Assembly (NCBI RefSeq): GCF_011745625.1
Contig: NW_027191456.1
Span: 372,001-436,000 of the forward strand
Direction of reading: 5' to 3'
Origin: Cladosporium halotolerans
Lineage: Eukaryota
Length of the DNA: 64,000 bases
The notes under the pieces: model-generated
What the model was told of the DNA's origin: nothing
Database searches by the model: none
What the model saw: only the letters and a program-made list of their open reading frames with translations
Part shown: positions 1 through 12,700 of the stretch, piece after piece
Position numbering within the stretch: the first letter of the stretch is position 1
Layout: each line of letters starts with the position of its first letter
Translations under genes and position numbers: made by a program

Positions 1-1
1 T

Positions 2-907
2 CGGATACTTCTTCTCTGCACCGTTGATTGCAACAGTCGAGTAGCTCCCGGGGCTGTCGACTACAAGGAGATAAGCCCCTTCGCGCATGTTTGTCGTCAG
101 ACTCTTGAGGAGACGCTGCGTCTTCGGCACAGAGGTCGAGTACAGCTCGTTGAGAGTGAACATGATAGTCACCAAGTCGATTGAACCAGCTTGGGCTGCA
201 ACTGTTTCCTCATTCCATTCGAGAACGTCTGCTTGATCGCATGTAGCTTGGAAGTGCTCTTTGCTGACCATCGGAACGTTGGCTTCACGCAATGCGGCGG
301 ATGCGTATTTTGATAGGACAGGCATTGAAGTGGCGGCTTCACACAGCTTATCGGAGATAGGCTGCCATGCAGCGATGTCAACGAGTTTCACGTCAAGAGA
401 GGCCTGTTCGGGCTCAGAGTCTCTCGCATCGGCTGTGAAATTGTGCCACCCAGCGATACTCACGAGCTCAGCTCCCGCGCCGCCGCCGACAGAGAGAACC
501 TTGAGAGGTTGACCTGATACAGTCCCTTTTCGCAAATCGGTCAAGAATCCGTCAATGTCCTCAAAGACCTGCAGATACCCAAGAGCTCGCGCAGCGCTCC
601 ATCGCAACGCGTAAGCCCTGAGGTAAGCCTCGCTGCTGAACGCTCGATGGAAGTCTCTGTTGTACAGGTGGCCCTTGACTTCTTGGACGGCAGCGACATC
701 CTCTGGACCCGTCCAAAGAGCATCACGGAAGATGTTCAAGCATTTCTGTTGCAGAGCTCGGGAGATTTTGCTAGATCTTTGTTGCGGCGGCCGGTCCTCA
801 GCCTTGCTGGGTGCTTTGCCAGCGTTCGACTTCGCAGATTTGGCGGACTTTGCGTTTTGCTTGGCTGCCTTGTTCTGCAAGGATCTTGCACGGTCGTTGT
901 TCATCAT
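2..907 (-). CDS. BMT6: 25S rRNA (uridine-N3)-methyltransferase, Bmt6/DUF3115 family; 3' end runs off the window
   Basis: Translated manually; absent from the ORF track because it has no stop in the window. Starts MMNNDRARS; contains VKGHLYNRDF, AYALRWSAARAL, SAM-binding VLSVGGGAGAE, LVTIMFTLNELY and LLVVDSPGSYS. Confidence 0.8.
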   Translation of the reverse strand, partial: MMNNDRARSLQNKAAKQNAKSAKSAKSNAGKAPSKAEDRPPQQRSSKISRALQQKCLNIFRDALWTGPEDVAAVQEVKGHLYNRDFHRAFSSEAYLRAYALRWSAARALGYLQVFEDIDGFLTDLRKGTVSGQPLKVLSVGGGAGAELVSIAGWHNFTADARDSEPEQASLDVKLVDIAAWQPISDKLCEAATSMPVLSKYASAALREANVPMVSKEHFQATCDQADVLEWNEETVAAQAGSIDLVTIMFTLNELYSTSVPKTQRLLKSLTTNMREGAYLLVVDSPGSYSTVAINGAEKKYP

Positions 908-1244
908 GTTCGGATGGATCTGACGGCTATTCAGTACCGTGCAGCCGCCGGGGCTCGCTGCAAAAGATCCAAATTTCGGTGAAGTCCACTCCGACGCTGC
1001 CGAATGCGGAGACAGCTGTGGAGGAGGGGTCTGCGATTGCGGATGCTCCAGAGTTGTGAGCCATCATTCAGATCTGACTGGGTTCATAGGAAAGACCTCG
1101 GCTGGTGGCATTTTCTTGCGATATATAGCTCGGTGGAGTATACCTCATCTCTCAATTGATTATTCTCTCACATTCCGTCCGCTGCAGAGTGCAATACCCT
1201 CATCCGATCGACCAGACTATCCACACCCAAAGGACCCCACAACC

Positions 1245-1859
1245 ATGCGTCTCCCCTACATCCCCGACGACCCCAAGATGGAGACGGAAGAAGACGCCGC
1301 GGTCGTGCAACGCGTCAAAGACCGCCGCGGCGGCAAGCTGATCGCCCTGGACAAGACCCTGCTGCACGCGCCCCCTGTCGCGAACGGCTGGAACGGCTTC
1401 CTGGGCGCCATTCGCACACAGACCTCCCTGCCCGACAGCATCCGCGAGCTGGCCATCTGCCGAGTGGCTGTGCTCAACAAAGCGTGGTACGAGTGGGATT
1501 CGCACAGGCCTATACTGGAGAAGTCCGGCGTGTTGAGCGCCGAGGCGATCGAGCACTTGAAGGAGCGGCCGCGGGCCAACGAGGAGGTCGCGAGGAGACA
1601 AGAGGCGAAGACCATGGGAGGGAACCTGTTTGATGAGAAGCACTCGGCTGTGTTGGAGTATACCGATGCGATGACGATCGGATGTATTGTGCCCGAGCCT
1701 GTGTTCGAGCGGCTCAGGAGCTTTTTCACAGAGAGAGAGGTCGTTGAGATCACGAGCACGGTAGCGGCGTACAACTGTGTTAGTAGGTTCTTGGTAGCTC
1801 TTGATGTAGGTGAGATGGCGGAGAAGTACGGCGTAGACATGAGTGGGAAGGCTGCTTGA
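1245..1859 (+). CDS. Carboxymuconolactone decarboxylase / AhpD-like protein
   Basis: ATG at 1245 (MRLPYIPDDP); LD..LLHAPPVA.GW..FLGAIR, RELAICRVAVLN.AWYEW..H and EIT.TVAAYNCVSRFLVALDV motifs; no intron needed. Confidence 0.85.
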   Translation: MRLPYIPDDPKMETEEDAAVVQRVKDRRGGKLIALDKTLLHAPPVANGWNGFLGAIRTQTSLPDSIRELAICRVAVLNKAWYEWDSHRPILEKSGVLSAEAIEHLKERPRANEEVARRQEAKTMGGNLFDEKHSAVLEYTDAMTIGCIVPEPVFERLRSFFTEREVVEITSTVAAYNCVSRFLVALDVGEMAEKYGVDMSGKAA

Positions 1860-2033
1860 TGCATGTAATCTCGTCAACGATTGAGTGTCGATAAAGCAGC
1901 TTATAAATCATTGATTCTGTCAGAGATTATAGAACGCCATCCAGAAAAAGGGAGGCCACCGGTATGTCCGTCAACGCCATCGCTTGCAAAAAGACCAAAA
2001 GACAACTAGATGCAAAAAAACAGACCCCTTCCA

Positions 2034-3088
2034 TTAGTACCGTACCGTCACGGTATTGCCGTTCATGGTCAAAATACCAGTGTAAGATGCCCTTCCATTC
2101 CCGAAGTCGCCGTGCCAGATTACATGATCGCCATTGATCGCAACATCGAGACCTCCTGGAGCCATAAGTCCGTCTCGACCAGTGGCCAGTAGCTGACCTC
2201 GTCTGGTATATGGTCCCTTGATGGAGTCCGCAGTAGCGTATTCCACCCGATACTTGTCTGACGTGTAGCACTGTGGCGAAAAAAAGAGCACATATTTTCC
2301 GTTCAGTTTCGTCAAAGAAGGTGCTTCGACGTAGGGGCCGTCAGATGGGCCATTAGTCAGGATTTGCACCGGGTTTCCGATCTTTGTGAAGCCGTCTTGC
2401 GCAACTTGTTGGAGCAGAATGGGGGTCGGGACAATGGGTGCAACGGTGTTGCCGCATTCACCGCCGTGACCAATGGCATTCCCGTCGATTTTGTAGGTGA
2501 TCCAGCGTGTACCGTCTTTGGGGTCAAAGTATCCGGCAGGGTCGATTGCACCTCCTTGAGCTAACGGGCAGATGAAGGGCTGGGTGCTGGCGTCCACGTA
2601 CGGCCCAGTGACGGTTCTGCTCTTGGCATAGCTGAGGCAGTGGAATCTCGTGTTCGATTTCAGGGCGGCAGTGTAATACATTATGAATGATCCGTCATTC
2701 AGCTGAACGGGGTCTGGCGCCCACTACATCGAAGTCAGTATGCCGAATGAACGATCATTATCTGATCAAAACTTACGACTCGGGGATTTCCCATGTCGAC
2801 CCAGCTGGGGAGTCTTGGAAGCGCATCGTCCCCGGGTGTGAATTGCCAGTTTTTCCAATCTGGTGTGAACGCCTTTTGGATGTAGACCGTCTTGCCGTTG
2901 AAGGGAGAGTTTGTACTGAATGCGTACCAGCCCTGCCCTGTTCGTATAACTCCAGGATCGGGGAAGTTCTGTCCACCTAGGATTGGGTTGAGAGTCGCTC
3001 GTGATTGGAGTCCATGTTGCACAGGTAGTGCCAGAGCACTCGTGCAAATTGCGCTGAGAGTGCAGAGATTAAGCAATAAGCGGGCCAT
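2034..3088 (-). CDS. Secreted glycoside hydrolase family 43 (five-bladed beta-propeller)
   Basis: Signal peptide MARLLLNLCTLSAICTSALA; NFPDP, WAPD, IDP and VEAP catalytic motifs; intron 2724-2776 (GTAAGT..TACTGAC..TAG). 3' end taken from the ORF track. Confidence 0.88.
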
Positions 3089-6000
3089 CGGTGGGAAAGG
3101 ACTAGTTGATGCGTGCAAAGGATGTAAAGAGAGTAGCGGAATAGCTTCCAATATTAACAAGAGGTTGACCGCGATGCAAATGATATAAATGCCTGAACGT
3201 GAACGACGATAGAGCTGAGAAACGAGAGATACTTCCCTTCCACGTGAGCCATCCGTGGCTTATATTATCGACGACGCCACTCATGCTTGTGCCGTGGTAT
3301 GCTAGAGTTCTGCCCCCCTTCGTATTGGCGAGGCCGATACGCCGAGAATAGGATTATAGCGCATGCTAAGCCGAATATGGACCGGATCTGGAACTCCGGG
3401 CTCTTTCGGCAGAGTCGAGATCTTTTGCAGACACGACTTTTGATATTTTTTGCTCATGTCAATGGAGAGGTTTCACTGTAGACGTTGCGAAATGATGTCC
3501 AAGACATAGCAGGACCCATTGTCAAGGGGCGAGCGTTAGATCAGCGCGTTGGTCAGGGGACAGGGGTTGTACGCTGGAGGCTGGTCGGCGACACAAGGCT
3601 CGGCTCAGGCGCGGGCCGTTCCTGAGACCCTGGATCATGATCTTGACGCGACTTCCACTTCGAGTGGCCGCAAGCGCGTAACGATCTTCATGGTTGATCG
3701 TCTTTAACACCGGCCCTGGAGTCGATGGCAAGGAAGCTGCTCTCAGAGTTCTTGAGATTGCCTCGTCTGACCACCCTCTCGGTGAACGCTTCGCCAGCGG
3801 GCAACTTGCAGTATCCGCGCCTCTAGGAACATCTTGACTCGTACCACCCGCCTACTCTCTGTGGTCGGAGGGTCGAACGTAATGGTGGCTGATGATGCAT
3901 GTTTGCCCTCCATGATGTCGTGGCGTGCTGTCAGCTGGACCCCGCCGCCAATACCATGCCCGGCAAAGCTTCAACATGATTTAATCGGCAGCTCCACGTA
4001 CTGGGAAGCACTGCATTACCACCGCAGAATATAATCATGATTGTGAGCTCTAAGGCTTCTGGACTCGAATAGCCTTCAAGCGTATAAGCTAGAAGGGAAA
4101 GCACTCTGGGTCCGACGGTCGCTTTCCACTTTGCATTACCGCCATTACAACCTCAAGACCAATTGTTTTCGCAGGCGGTGAAGAGCCACAAAGAGCATGA
4201 CCAGGTGTACCAAACTCCTCTCATCACTTTCTGCCAGTGCTGCTCACTTTGACCAGCTGATTCGCCGAATGCAACGCTGTTCGAGCCGTCATAGTTCATC
4301 ATGTCGGCGTGACTCCGTCACGAAACTAAGCTTCTCAGGAAACCTGATCCATGGTACATGTCGATATGTCAGAGCTCCTGCAGATTTGGGAGCGCTCACA
4401 TTTGCCTCACCGACATAATCCGGTGTATGCGGACTCGCATCCTAGAGAAAGCGAACAGCGGAAAGCGGAAGCAATGACACAACATCCTGGCAGTCCGGGA
4501 TCTCGAGTGCTTGTGCTCCTGCTGCAGACGAAATCGTCGTCGTAAGTGCCGCCTCACACCGCTATCTTTTGGCAGGTAGCGAGCATTTCGCCGGATAAAG
4601 ACGAGTGCATGGGGCCAGTCTTGCGCTGTCCCTTCTTGCGAACGGCCTGGAGCGCGCACAAACGGCTGAAATCCACGAGCATGTTTTGCGCACTCTCTTG
4701 CTCTTCTCTCGTTTTCTTGAACGGCGGAAAAGCGTATGTGTAGTTGTCTTTCACGATCAATGACGTCTCACTCACGGGACGAGTCTCCATTCAGCCTTGT
4801 TTGATTAGGCCAGGTTTAATTCACGCCATGAGAGCAATGCATGCTCCTGTCTTGAGCTGGTTCTGCTTTCTGGGGTACCCCGTTGCTCGCAAACTCGGCT
4901 GTTGGTAATGGCTTCTGTGCTCAGCTGTGCAGCTAATGACCATTTGCGACGCCCAGTGCTTTGTCGAGGTTCAAGGTGCCTTCGATACTTTTTCTTCTTG
5001 CGTGCAAGCACAAGCGTTAGCATGATTTACAGCTTTTCAGCCTTGACCTGGATCGCAAGCTCTTTCGGCGACCCTTGTCTTTGACGACAGCAGGCTCCGA
5101 CTGGAAGCGATGGAGAAAAGCCCAAGGCCTCCGCCCGTCGGGCCCTTTGTATTTTCGGTCTCATGCTCAACCGCTAGAAGTCCAGAAGTCGCCAGGGCAG
5201 TATGCTGCTCTGCCGAAGATCTCGAACAAGCAAGATCCAGCCAGACGTTGCTCTTGGAAATGGACAGCCCATGGAGAAGACGAGCGAGGTCTGCACAGCT
5301 CCAAGTTGCCATCAAAACAAATCCCGGACGTCAACTCCGAAGATCAGCGGAAAGCGTTGAGCTCCTTTTCGGTTTTGGCCTTGCGCTTGCTGTTTTCAGA
5401 GCTTCGGCGATCGACTGATGTCTTCATGGTTCCTTCCACCACGTGGCGGTCGAGGCGTCTCATCGAAGGTTTCGGAGAAATGAGAACACACTTCGGCCAT
5501 GATACTGTCCGGCTTGTCAATGGAAAGTGTGTTAGTTGCGCACGGTTGAGAGAGTAAGTGCACGGGTAGGGAAAGCGCACGCACGGGCAAGGAAAGCGCA
5601 AGGACCGGATGTTGGCAGGGTTAAATCCAAACTCGACGTGATGGCCTCGACCAGCGCCATGACATGACTTCGCGGGAAGTGGCTTCGATGGCTGACTGGT
5701 TCGTACAACTCGATCAGACCATCGCATAACTACTAGCCCTTATCACACGCATTCTTGATTCAGAAGACCACGGCTTGAGCAGAAACAACAGCTATCCATT
5801 CCGGTGAAACTGAGAGGAGGATGCTGGTGACTCCAACCGAAACTCGAGACTCGTAACTCGTGTCGTATCGATAAGCGGTGACACTGACCCATCCGCAGAA
5901 TTGGGCATCCCAAGGATCGACACAAGATTGACTTGCCGAGCACTGATACGGCAATCTGCAGGGAAAGAGGTATTTCGCGGTTAATGAAGATGCCGATGTC

Positions 6001-7563
6001 CGCATGCCGTGTACGCGGCCAATCATGCTTATCCTAGACATCCCCACTTTCCGACGGGTAGTCGGAAGATTCCTTGGTGACTTGGAATCTGTCAAGAGGC
6101 AGGCCGTTTGGCTTTTATCCCCGAGAAGGGAAACCCCACGTCATGCTTAATGGCACTACACCTCCTATGCCTAAAGCTCTCTAGCGACAAATCTCCGCAT
6201 CCAATAGCGCCATGCTTATCGACGAGGGTCGTCGCGCTCTGAAAAGCCCGACGCTGAGAAGATGTAGCAAGCATTCTCACACCGAACGATGCAGGCATCG
6301 CGCGTGAGATTGGGAGAGAGTCGGAAGATACATGCACGGTGCTCACCGACGACCTATATATATCGGCCGTGTCCACCTTCCAACCGACGGTCGGAGAAGG
6401 CCTTGAAGCCTTTCTGATGTAATACGCCACGTGAGCGGATGTCTCAACGTGCCGATTACCCATGCCGTCGCCGAGTCGCTGCATGCTATTGCAGATGTTG
6501 CACCAAGCGGAATTAAGGAAGCGCCGTGATCCGTGGAGCAATCGCCCTCGTTCCCGGGACATGGGGAGCCGTAAGATACCAGCGGAGCGAGTCTCTGGGC
6601 ACCGAGGGCTCGGTACCCGTGCCGCAGGCTTTGATGGCGTGCCGATCAGGCTACGCTGCGATGCAAGAAGGGCGTCCAGAGGGCCTGCGTGCAGTCAGCG
6701 ATGGCGAAGCGCGCCTAAAATAGTTGGCAGCCGAGGCGGCGCATTAGCCCGCGCGCTAGCCGTGAGACAGGCCCCCGCGTGCCCCGCTTGCTGCCCGCCC
6801 TCCAAGCCTCTCGCACGTCTGGGGCCTATTGCTCCGCGCGAGACTTTGCGCCACTGCCTTGCCCCGGCCACCAACATCGTCGCTTCGTGTACCGTACATC
6901 TCCATACCCGGCAGAACCGGCAGCTGCCCGCGAGGAACACGAATGCGTGCTGTGAACGGCAGACTCGACACTTCTGGGCAGTGCAATACGACATCATGTT
7001 CTGCGCGCGTATCGCCGAGCGAACGGGGCTCACGCCGTGATGCCTCTGGCGTGCATGCGTGCTGCGTGCTGCGTGCTGCAACAACATGTAGTCAGCTGTG
7101 TTGGTGCGGTGTGGGCAAGGTTCTGGTCGAGAGGCGCAGGCTTAGTGGGCTGATGAGGATCACCCGCTACCGCTTTGGCACCCAAGGGCTCGCGATCTCG
7201 CGCCTTAGCCTCGTCTTGTCACGCCCCGATTGGCACCTCTGCCCAGGCTGACGTCGGGGCCTTCCCTCTTGTCCAACCAGTGGCAGGTGCCTTGCATGTC
7301 GAGCGCGTTCTATTGGAAAGCTGGCGATCGCACAACACTGTATCGGGTCCCCTCTTCTCAGCACTAGGGATGTCCATTTTTGTCCTGCTAAGGTTGTCGA
7401 GGCTTCGCTAAGCCCTGGGCTGCTTGTCTCAGCTATCACGTCCGGTAGGCGGTGCTGACATTCCTTGCGGTCCCACTTTTCTTCTCGCAGCAATACAATA
7501 TATCGTCCGCCTCGTGGAGTCGACGTGCTACTTTCCTCTCCTAGGTTAACTGGTCGTGTAATC

Positions 7564-9526
7564 ATGTCGCAGTCTATTCAACCGGCCCAGGAGCAGATGC
7601 TCTTCCCCTCTGGCAACGCCTCGGCGTTTCTGGAAACATCGGGACTAACACCAGAGCTGCTTGCCGACGTCTCGCAATCCAAGTTCGTTTGGGCCTTGTC
7701 TCTGCTGCTTTTGATCGGTCTTGCACGCATTTTCGTTTCGGGGAAGCAGAGGCTTCCGCCTGGAGTCAAACCACTACCAAGACTTCCTGGTTCGTAGAGA
7801 CAGCTGGTCGCCACATCTTGATATTCGTTAACACCGATTTAGGACTTCCTTACGCTGGTCGATTTTGGGATATTCCGGCCGAGGGCGTCAAAGCAGCATG
7901 GCATTTCGGTGCTCTGCACAAGAAATATGGACCGATTTACGAGTGGAAGGTCATGGGCACGATTCACATCTGGGTTGAGAACGACAAAATTGCCCGCGAC
8001 CTGTTCGTGACGAGACAGCGCAAGTACTGCGACCGCAACGTCCTTCCCGCCGCCGTGAAGGTCAAATATGGCTCTGAGCTTCTTCCGCTCATGGGATACG
8101 GCGACGCTTTCCGCCGGTACAAGAACTTCATGCACATGATCATGAGGCAATCCAACCCCAGGGGATTCTACGGCTGGCCTGTGATTGAGAACAAGAAGAC
8201 CTTGAGGCGCCTGATCGAGACCCCAGAGCAATGGTCCGAGCATCTCATTGTTCACTGTACGTGTTAACCAGCCTCAACCAATTTGATTGCATTTCGCTAA
8301 CGACATTTTAGGCGCCAGGACTATTGCCAGCGTTGCCTGGGGTGACCCAGCGCACGGCACCAAGCTCCTCACCATGGTCCCATACCTGTTGAAGACCGTG
8401 TCTCCGGCTGGTCCCATTATCAACAAGCTGACATTCCTGCAAAATCTGCCTGAGTCGATTTCTCCTTTCAAGCAGGAGGAGAACAAGCAGTTCGACAGGG
8501 TCAAGGACGCATTCTACGAGGCTCTTCAAGACGTGAAGGACCGTATCGCAGCCGGAACTGCCGAGGACAGCTGGGCGAAGCTTTGGCTGTCGAGCGAGAG
8601 CGAGAAGGCCAGCATTACTCTAAACTGGCACGAAGCTGCCCACGCCATCGGTTCCAGCTCTTTCGTCGCTATTGCGACCATCGGCGGACCTCTGCACTGT
8701 TTCTTCACCGCAATGTGCCACTACCCCACCTGGCAGACTAGGGTTCAAGAGGAGATTGACCGCGTGTGTGGCGACCGTCTACCTCAGCTCGAAGACATGC
8801 CTCAGCTGCCTATGCTGCGTGCCACTGTCAAGGAAATACTGCGATGGCGCCAGCCGACTCCCCTCGGTGTGCCGCACGTCGCTCTCGAAGATGATGTCTA
8901 TGAGGGCTACTTCATCCCTAAAGACGCTATTGTTCACGCCAACCACTAGTATGTAAAATCCTGCTTGAGCTTGCACGAACGCCGAACTAACACCTTGCAG
9001 TCTCATTTCCCGCGAAGAGTCTCTCTACCCCGATCCGACTGAATTTAAGCCCGAGCGCTGGATTGATCCCGCCTACCCGACCTACAAGGAGCCTCTGACC
9101 GAGTTCCCCAACCTGCGTGGCGACACCTCCTTCGGTTACGGCAACCGTGCCTGCCCTGGCGTCGATCTCACCCAGACCGAGCTCGTCACCCTCCTCGGTG
9201 CTCTCCTCTGGTCCTTCACCGTCAAGCGACGTGAGGGTGCCGAAGGCCTCGCCAACCCCGTGCCGTGGTACGAGACGAACCCGTACGTCATCACCATGTC
9301 GAAACCGTTCAACTGCGAGATCAAGGTGCGGAGTGAAGAGAAGCGGAAATACATCATGGACGGCTGCCCCGACGCGGGCTACGTGGTCAAGAGCAACGAA
9401 GCCGAGCGCGAGAACCAGTGGGATATCGTGCGTCCTGAGAACGAGCCCGTGCACTACAGCTGGGAGGGCCTCACCACGCGCTTCGAGACGCCGGCCGTCA
9501 TGCCCACCTATCCGCCCGGCGTGTAA
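7564..9526 (+). CDS. Cytochrome P450 monooxygenase (OrdA/CYP64-like clan, tentative)
   Basis: N-terminal TM anchor and Pro-rich hinge (LPPGVKPLPRLPG); KEILR (ExxR), FKPERW, heme motif FGYGNRACPG; introns 7790-7842, 8257-8311, 8949-9000. Confidence 0.93.
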
Positions 9527-9784
9527 ATCAGCATTTCCTGTTGGGTACACGTGGATTTAGCGGGCGTTGCGGGGGACCAACAATAGAGCAAGCTTCGGTC
9601 GGTCTTTTTTTGTTTTCTTTTACACGGTTACGGTTAATGCAGCGACTACGGACATCAGATTGTCACCGGAGGGGCGTGAGGGATCATGGGAGACATCCGA
9701 CTCAGGAGTTCGAGAGATTGCATCGTAAAGTAGTCGTTATCAAAAACTTGAAAAACAGTATTTGAGAGCGTTCATCACCACTGC

Positions 9785-12700
9785 CTACCCCTCCGCCTTC
9801 CACTTCCTCATCCACTGCTCCACGTACCTCTCCGCCAACCCGCTCGCAACCGTCTGCTCCACGGCCCCGAGCGCAGGGCAGTCCTCGATCGTCCTCACCG
9901 TCTCGAACTTCAGCCCCACCGGCTCCGCTTCAGCCTCAAGCGCCCCCACCGCCTGCCCGTACTTCCCCTGCCAAAAGTCCAGCAGCTTAATGCTAGGATT
10001 CCTAGCCGCGTCTCGCTCGCTCCGCGCCAGCCTCCGCAGCCACTCCTGCGGGCTCACGACGTCGAAAGCCGGGAACGCCGCGCAGCGCCGCACCGCGGGC
10101 AGGAAGTCGGCGGCCCAGCTGAACGTGCGCGGGTTGACGAGGTGGTAGACGAGGTCGGCGTCGGCGTTCGCCTTCGGGCGCGCCGAAAGGGCGAGCTCCG
10201 CGACGGCTTCGGCGCACGCGTCGACGGGCAGCCAGCTTGGGTTCTCGTGCAGGGCGGGCAGGGCGCCGACGGCCAGCGCGCTGCGGACCATGAGCGCGAT
10301 GGCCTCGGTGTCGTTCCAGAGGGCGCTGGCGCGGTCGCCGCTCAGCTGGCCGATGCGGAGCACGCGGGCGTGCAGGCCGGCTCGCCGCATGGCGTTGCGG
10401 GTGATGTGCTCGGTTACGAGCTTGCTGCGGCCGTAGCCCATTGCTTGGGCGTGGTGGAGGTCTTCGACTGCTGATTCGGCGATGGAGGCGGGCTTGGGCG
10501 TGCCTGAGGCTGTGCTTATGGAACTGCAGAAGAAGAATTTGGCGGGCTCTGGGAGGTGGGTGCGCAGGCAGAGGTTGATGAGGTTGTGGGTTCCGCGGAC
10601 GTGTTGTTGCTCGAAGGAGCGGACGGCGAGATTGAAGTTGACGGCCCAGGCGCTGTGGATGACGGTTGTGAGGGAGGAGAGGAGGTGGTTGAGGTCGTGG
10701 GTGGCAAGTCCCAGGTTGGGTTTACTGAGATCACTGGGGACTGCGTGGAGTTTTGCCAGATCTTCTTCGGTGAGTTTGATGTGACGGCTTTCAAGAGATT
10801 GCACCAATCTTGCACCTGCTACGGCCGGGCCAGGAGCGCGCACAAGAGCCCATACTTCGGCCACAGAAGGCTTCTTCACCAACTCGGCGACGATAAATGC
10901 GCCCAGGTTGCCTGTGGCTCCGGTTATCAGGGCCACTTCCTTCTCAGGCTGCGACGTGGCTGTGGGGAAGTGAGTTGTGAAGGTAGAATACCTCTCGATC
11001 AACTCCCGCATGATCGCAGTCTCATCTTCTTGTTTCGAGGCCTCCTCACCTGTTCGCAGCTGATACAAATGCCGCGCCAGAGATTCAACAGTACCTTTCT
11101 CGAAGACCACGTTCTGGCTGAGTTTTTCCGAGCCTGGACCGAGGTCAAGCTCTTGTTTGATCGCCCGCCAGATTCTTGTTGTTTGAAGACTGTCAACGCC
11201 AGCCGAGAAGATATCGGCCGTCTTGTCCGGCAAAGGGATCCGGAGATCGTTTTGAAATTTTGTAAGAAGCCAGTCTTCCAGCTCTGGGACAGAAAGCTCC
11301 ACCTTTGCCTTGCCCTTGTCCTCGATATTCAGTCGCTGATACGCCGCAGTGATATCTTCGGCGAACTGTTGATAGACCTGAGCCCGGATGAAGGTGCCTT
11401 TGTCCGTCTTGGGATAGACGCAATCGGCACTCTTGATGACGACCAGGTCTCGGATGACTCTCGCGAACGTCTCCGCTTTCGCGTTGGCAGCTTCAATTGC
11501 TGGCCAGACCGCGTCCAAGTATTGTTCATCAGAGAGGTTCAAAGCCTTGTCCTCAGCGCGGAAGACGAGCAATCCTGGCATAGTCTGCTGATAGCCAAAC
11601 ACGACTGCCTCGCGAACAATCTCTGCCTGACGAATGCTTCCTTCGATGGGGATTGGTAGCACTTTCTCGCCATTGACGAGGGTGATACGGTCGTCTAGTC
11701 GACTTAGATACTTGTAGTAGTTGCTCTTCTTAGGGTCCGGATGCCTGGTGAACAAATCTGCTGTACGGAAACTGTTTTCCGGGTTGCTGTCGCTGAAAGG
11801 TGGCTTTGAGTTGCTAGGGCCTTTCGAAGGTAGGCCATCGAGCCCGACGCATTCGAAGACTCCCGGGGCAATTTCATCGAAGAGAACATGGTCCGCGACT
11901 GGCGACCAGCACCGCATGTACGACCACTCTTTGTCGCCTTGTGGACGAAACGAGGTCATGATCTGTCCGGTCTCGGTAGCGCCGTAGTTAGCAATCAGGT
12001 TGACACCTCCGTCAACTAGGCGATCGCCAAGTTCGTCTGGACAGCTGCTTCCGGCGTACATGACCAATTGGGTTCTCGCTAGAGCATCGATACCTTCTTG
12101 CTTCTCTGCCAAAAGCTTGAGCACGTATGGCACAGCGCTAACCATTTGTGGCTTTACTGTCTGCATTGCTTCCAGTAGATTGCTGCTGGTGATTGGCTGA
12201 CTGTGGTTGACCCAGAACATCGCGGCCTTTGTATACAATGCTCGCCCAAATTCCATGAGGGCATGAGAATGGAAGAGTGGCGAAGTGCAGTAGGAACGCA
12301 AGGCGAAGCTCTTCTTGAAATTTGCCAGACATTGGAGGTTCGTCAAGAAGATGGGCTTGGGAAAGCCTGTGCTACCGGATGAGTGCAGAATCCATGCGAT
12401 CTTGCCACCTTCTTTTGCGGCATCCCCTTGCTGTCTAAGGACAGGGCTAGTGGGAGGTTGATCGTGCCAGTCGCTTCGATGAAGGAGAGATGTGCTGGAG
12501 CAGCCTGGCCGTTCGGCGGCGATCTCATTAGCCATAGCTTTGAAACTCTCGGCTATGATGAGGTGGTGACAAGAAGCCATGCCCAGCAGCCTGGCATAAG
12601 CACTCGAAGTGAGGCGTGTCGAAAGAAATAGCACCGCATATCCGAGTCTATTGAGTGCAAGGAAGGTCAAGATTGTTTCGAAGCTTGAACCTGCTAATAG

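Noticed and set aside
939..1244. N-terminal extensions in the ORF track (also 41455-41787, 54895-55032, 21717-21913, 37241-37531)
   Set aside because: Most begin at GTG/TTG, and all lie upstream of a better ATG where family similarity starts; treated as UTR or promoter.
9785..10700. Sharp rise in GC in the reductase domain of the NRPS-like gene, suggesting a domain swap or HGT
   Set aside because: Similar GC-rich 3' segments occur in the neighbouring P450 and in core genes (TTL, TOR, NTE1), so it looks like a genome-wide positional bias.
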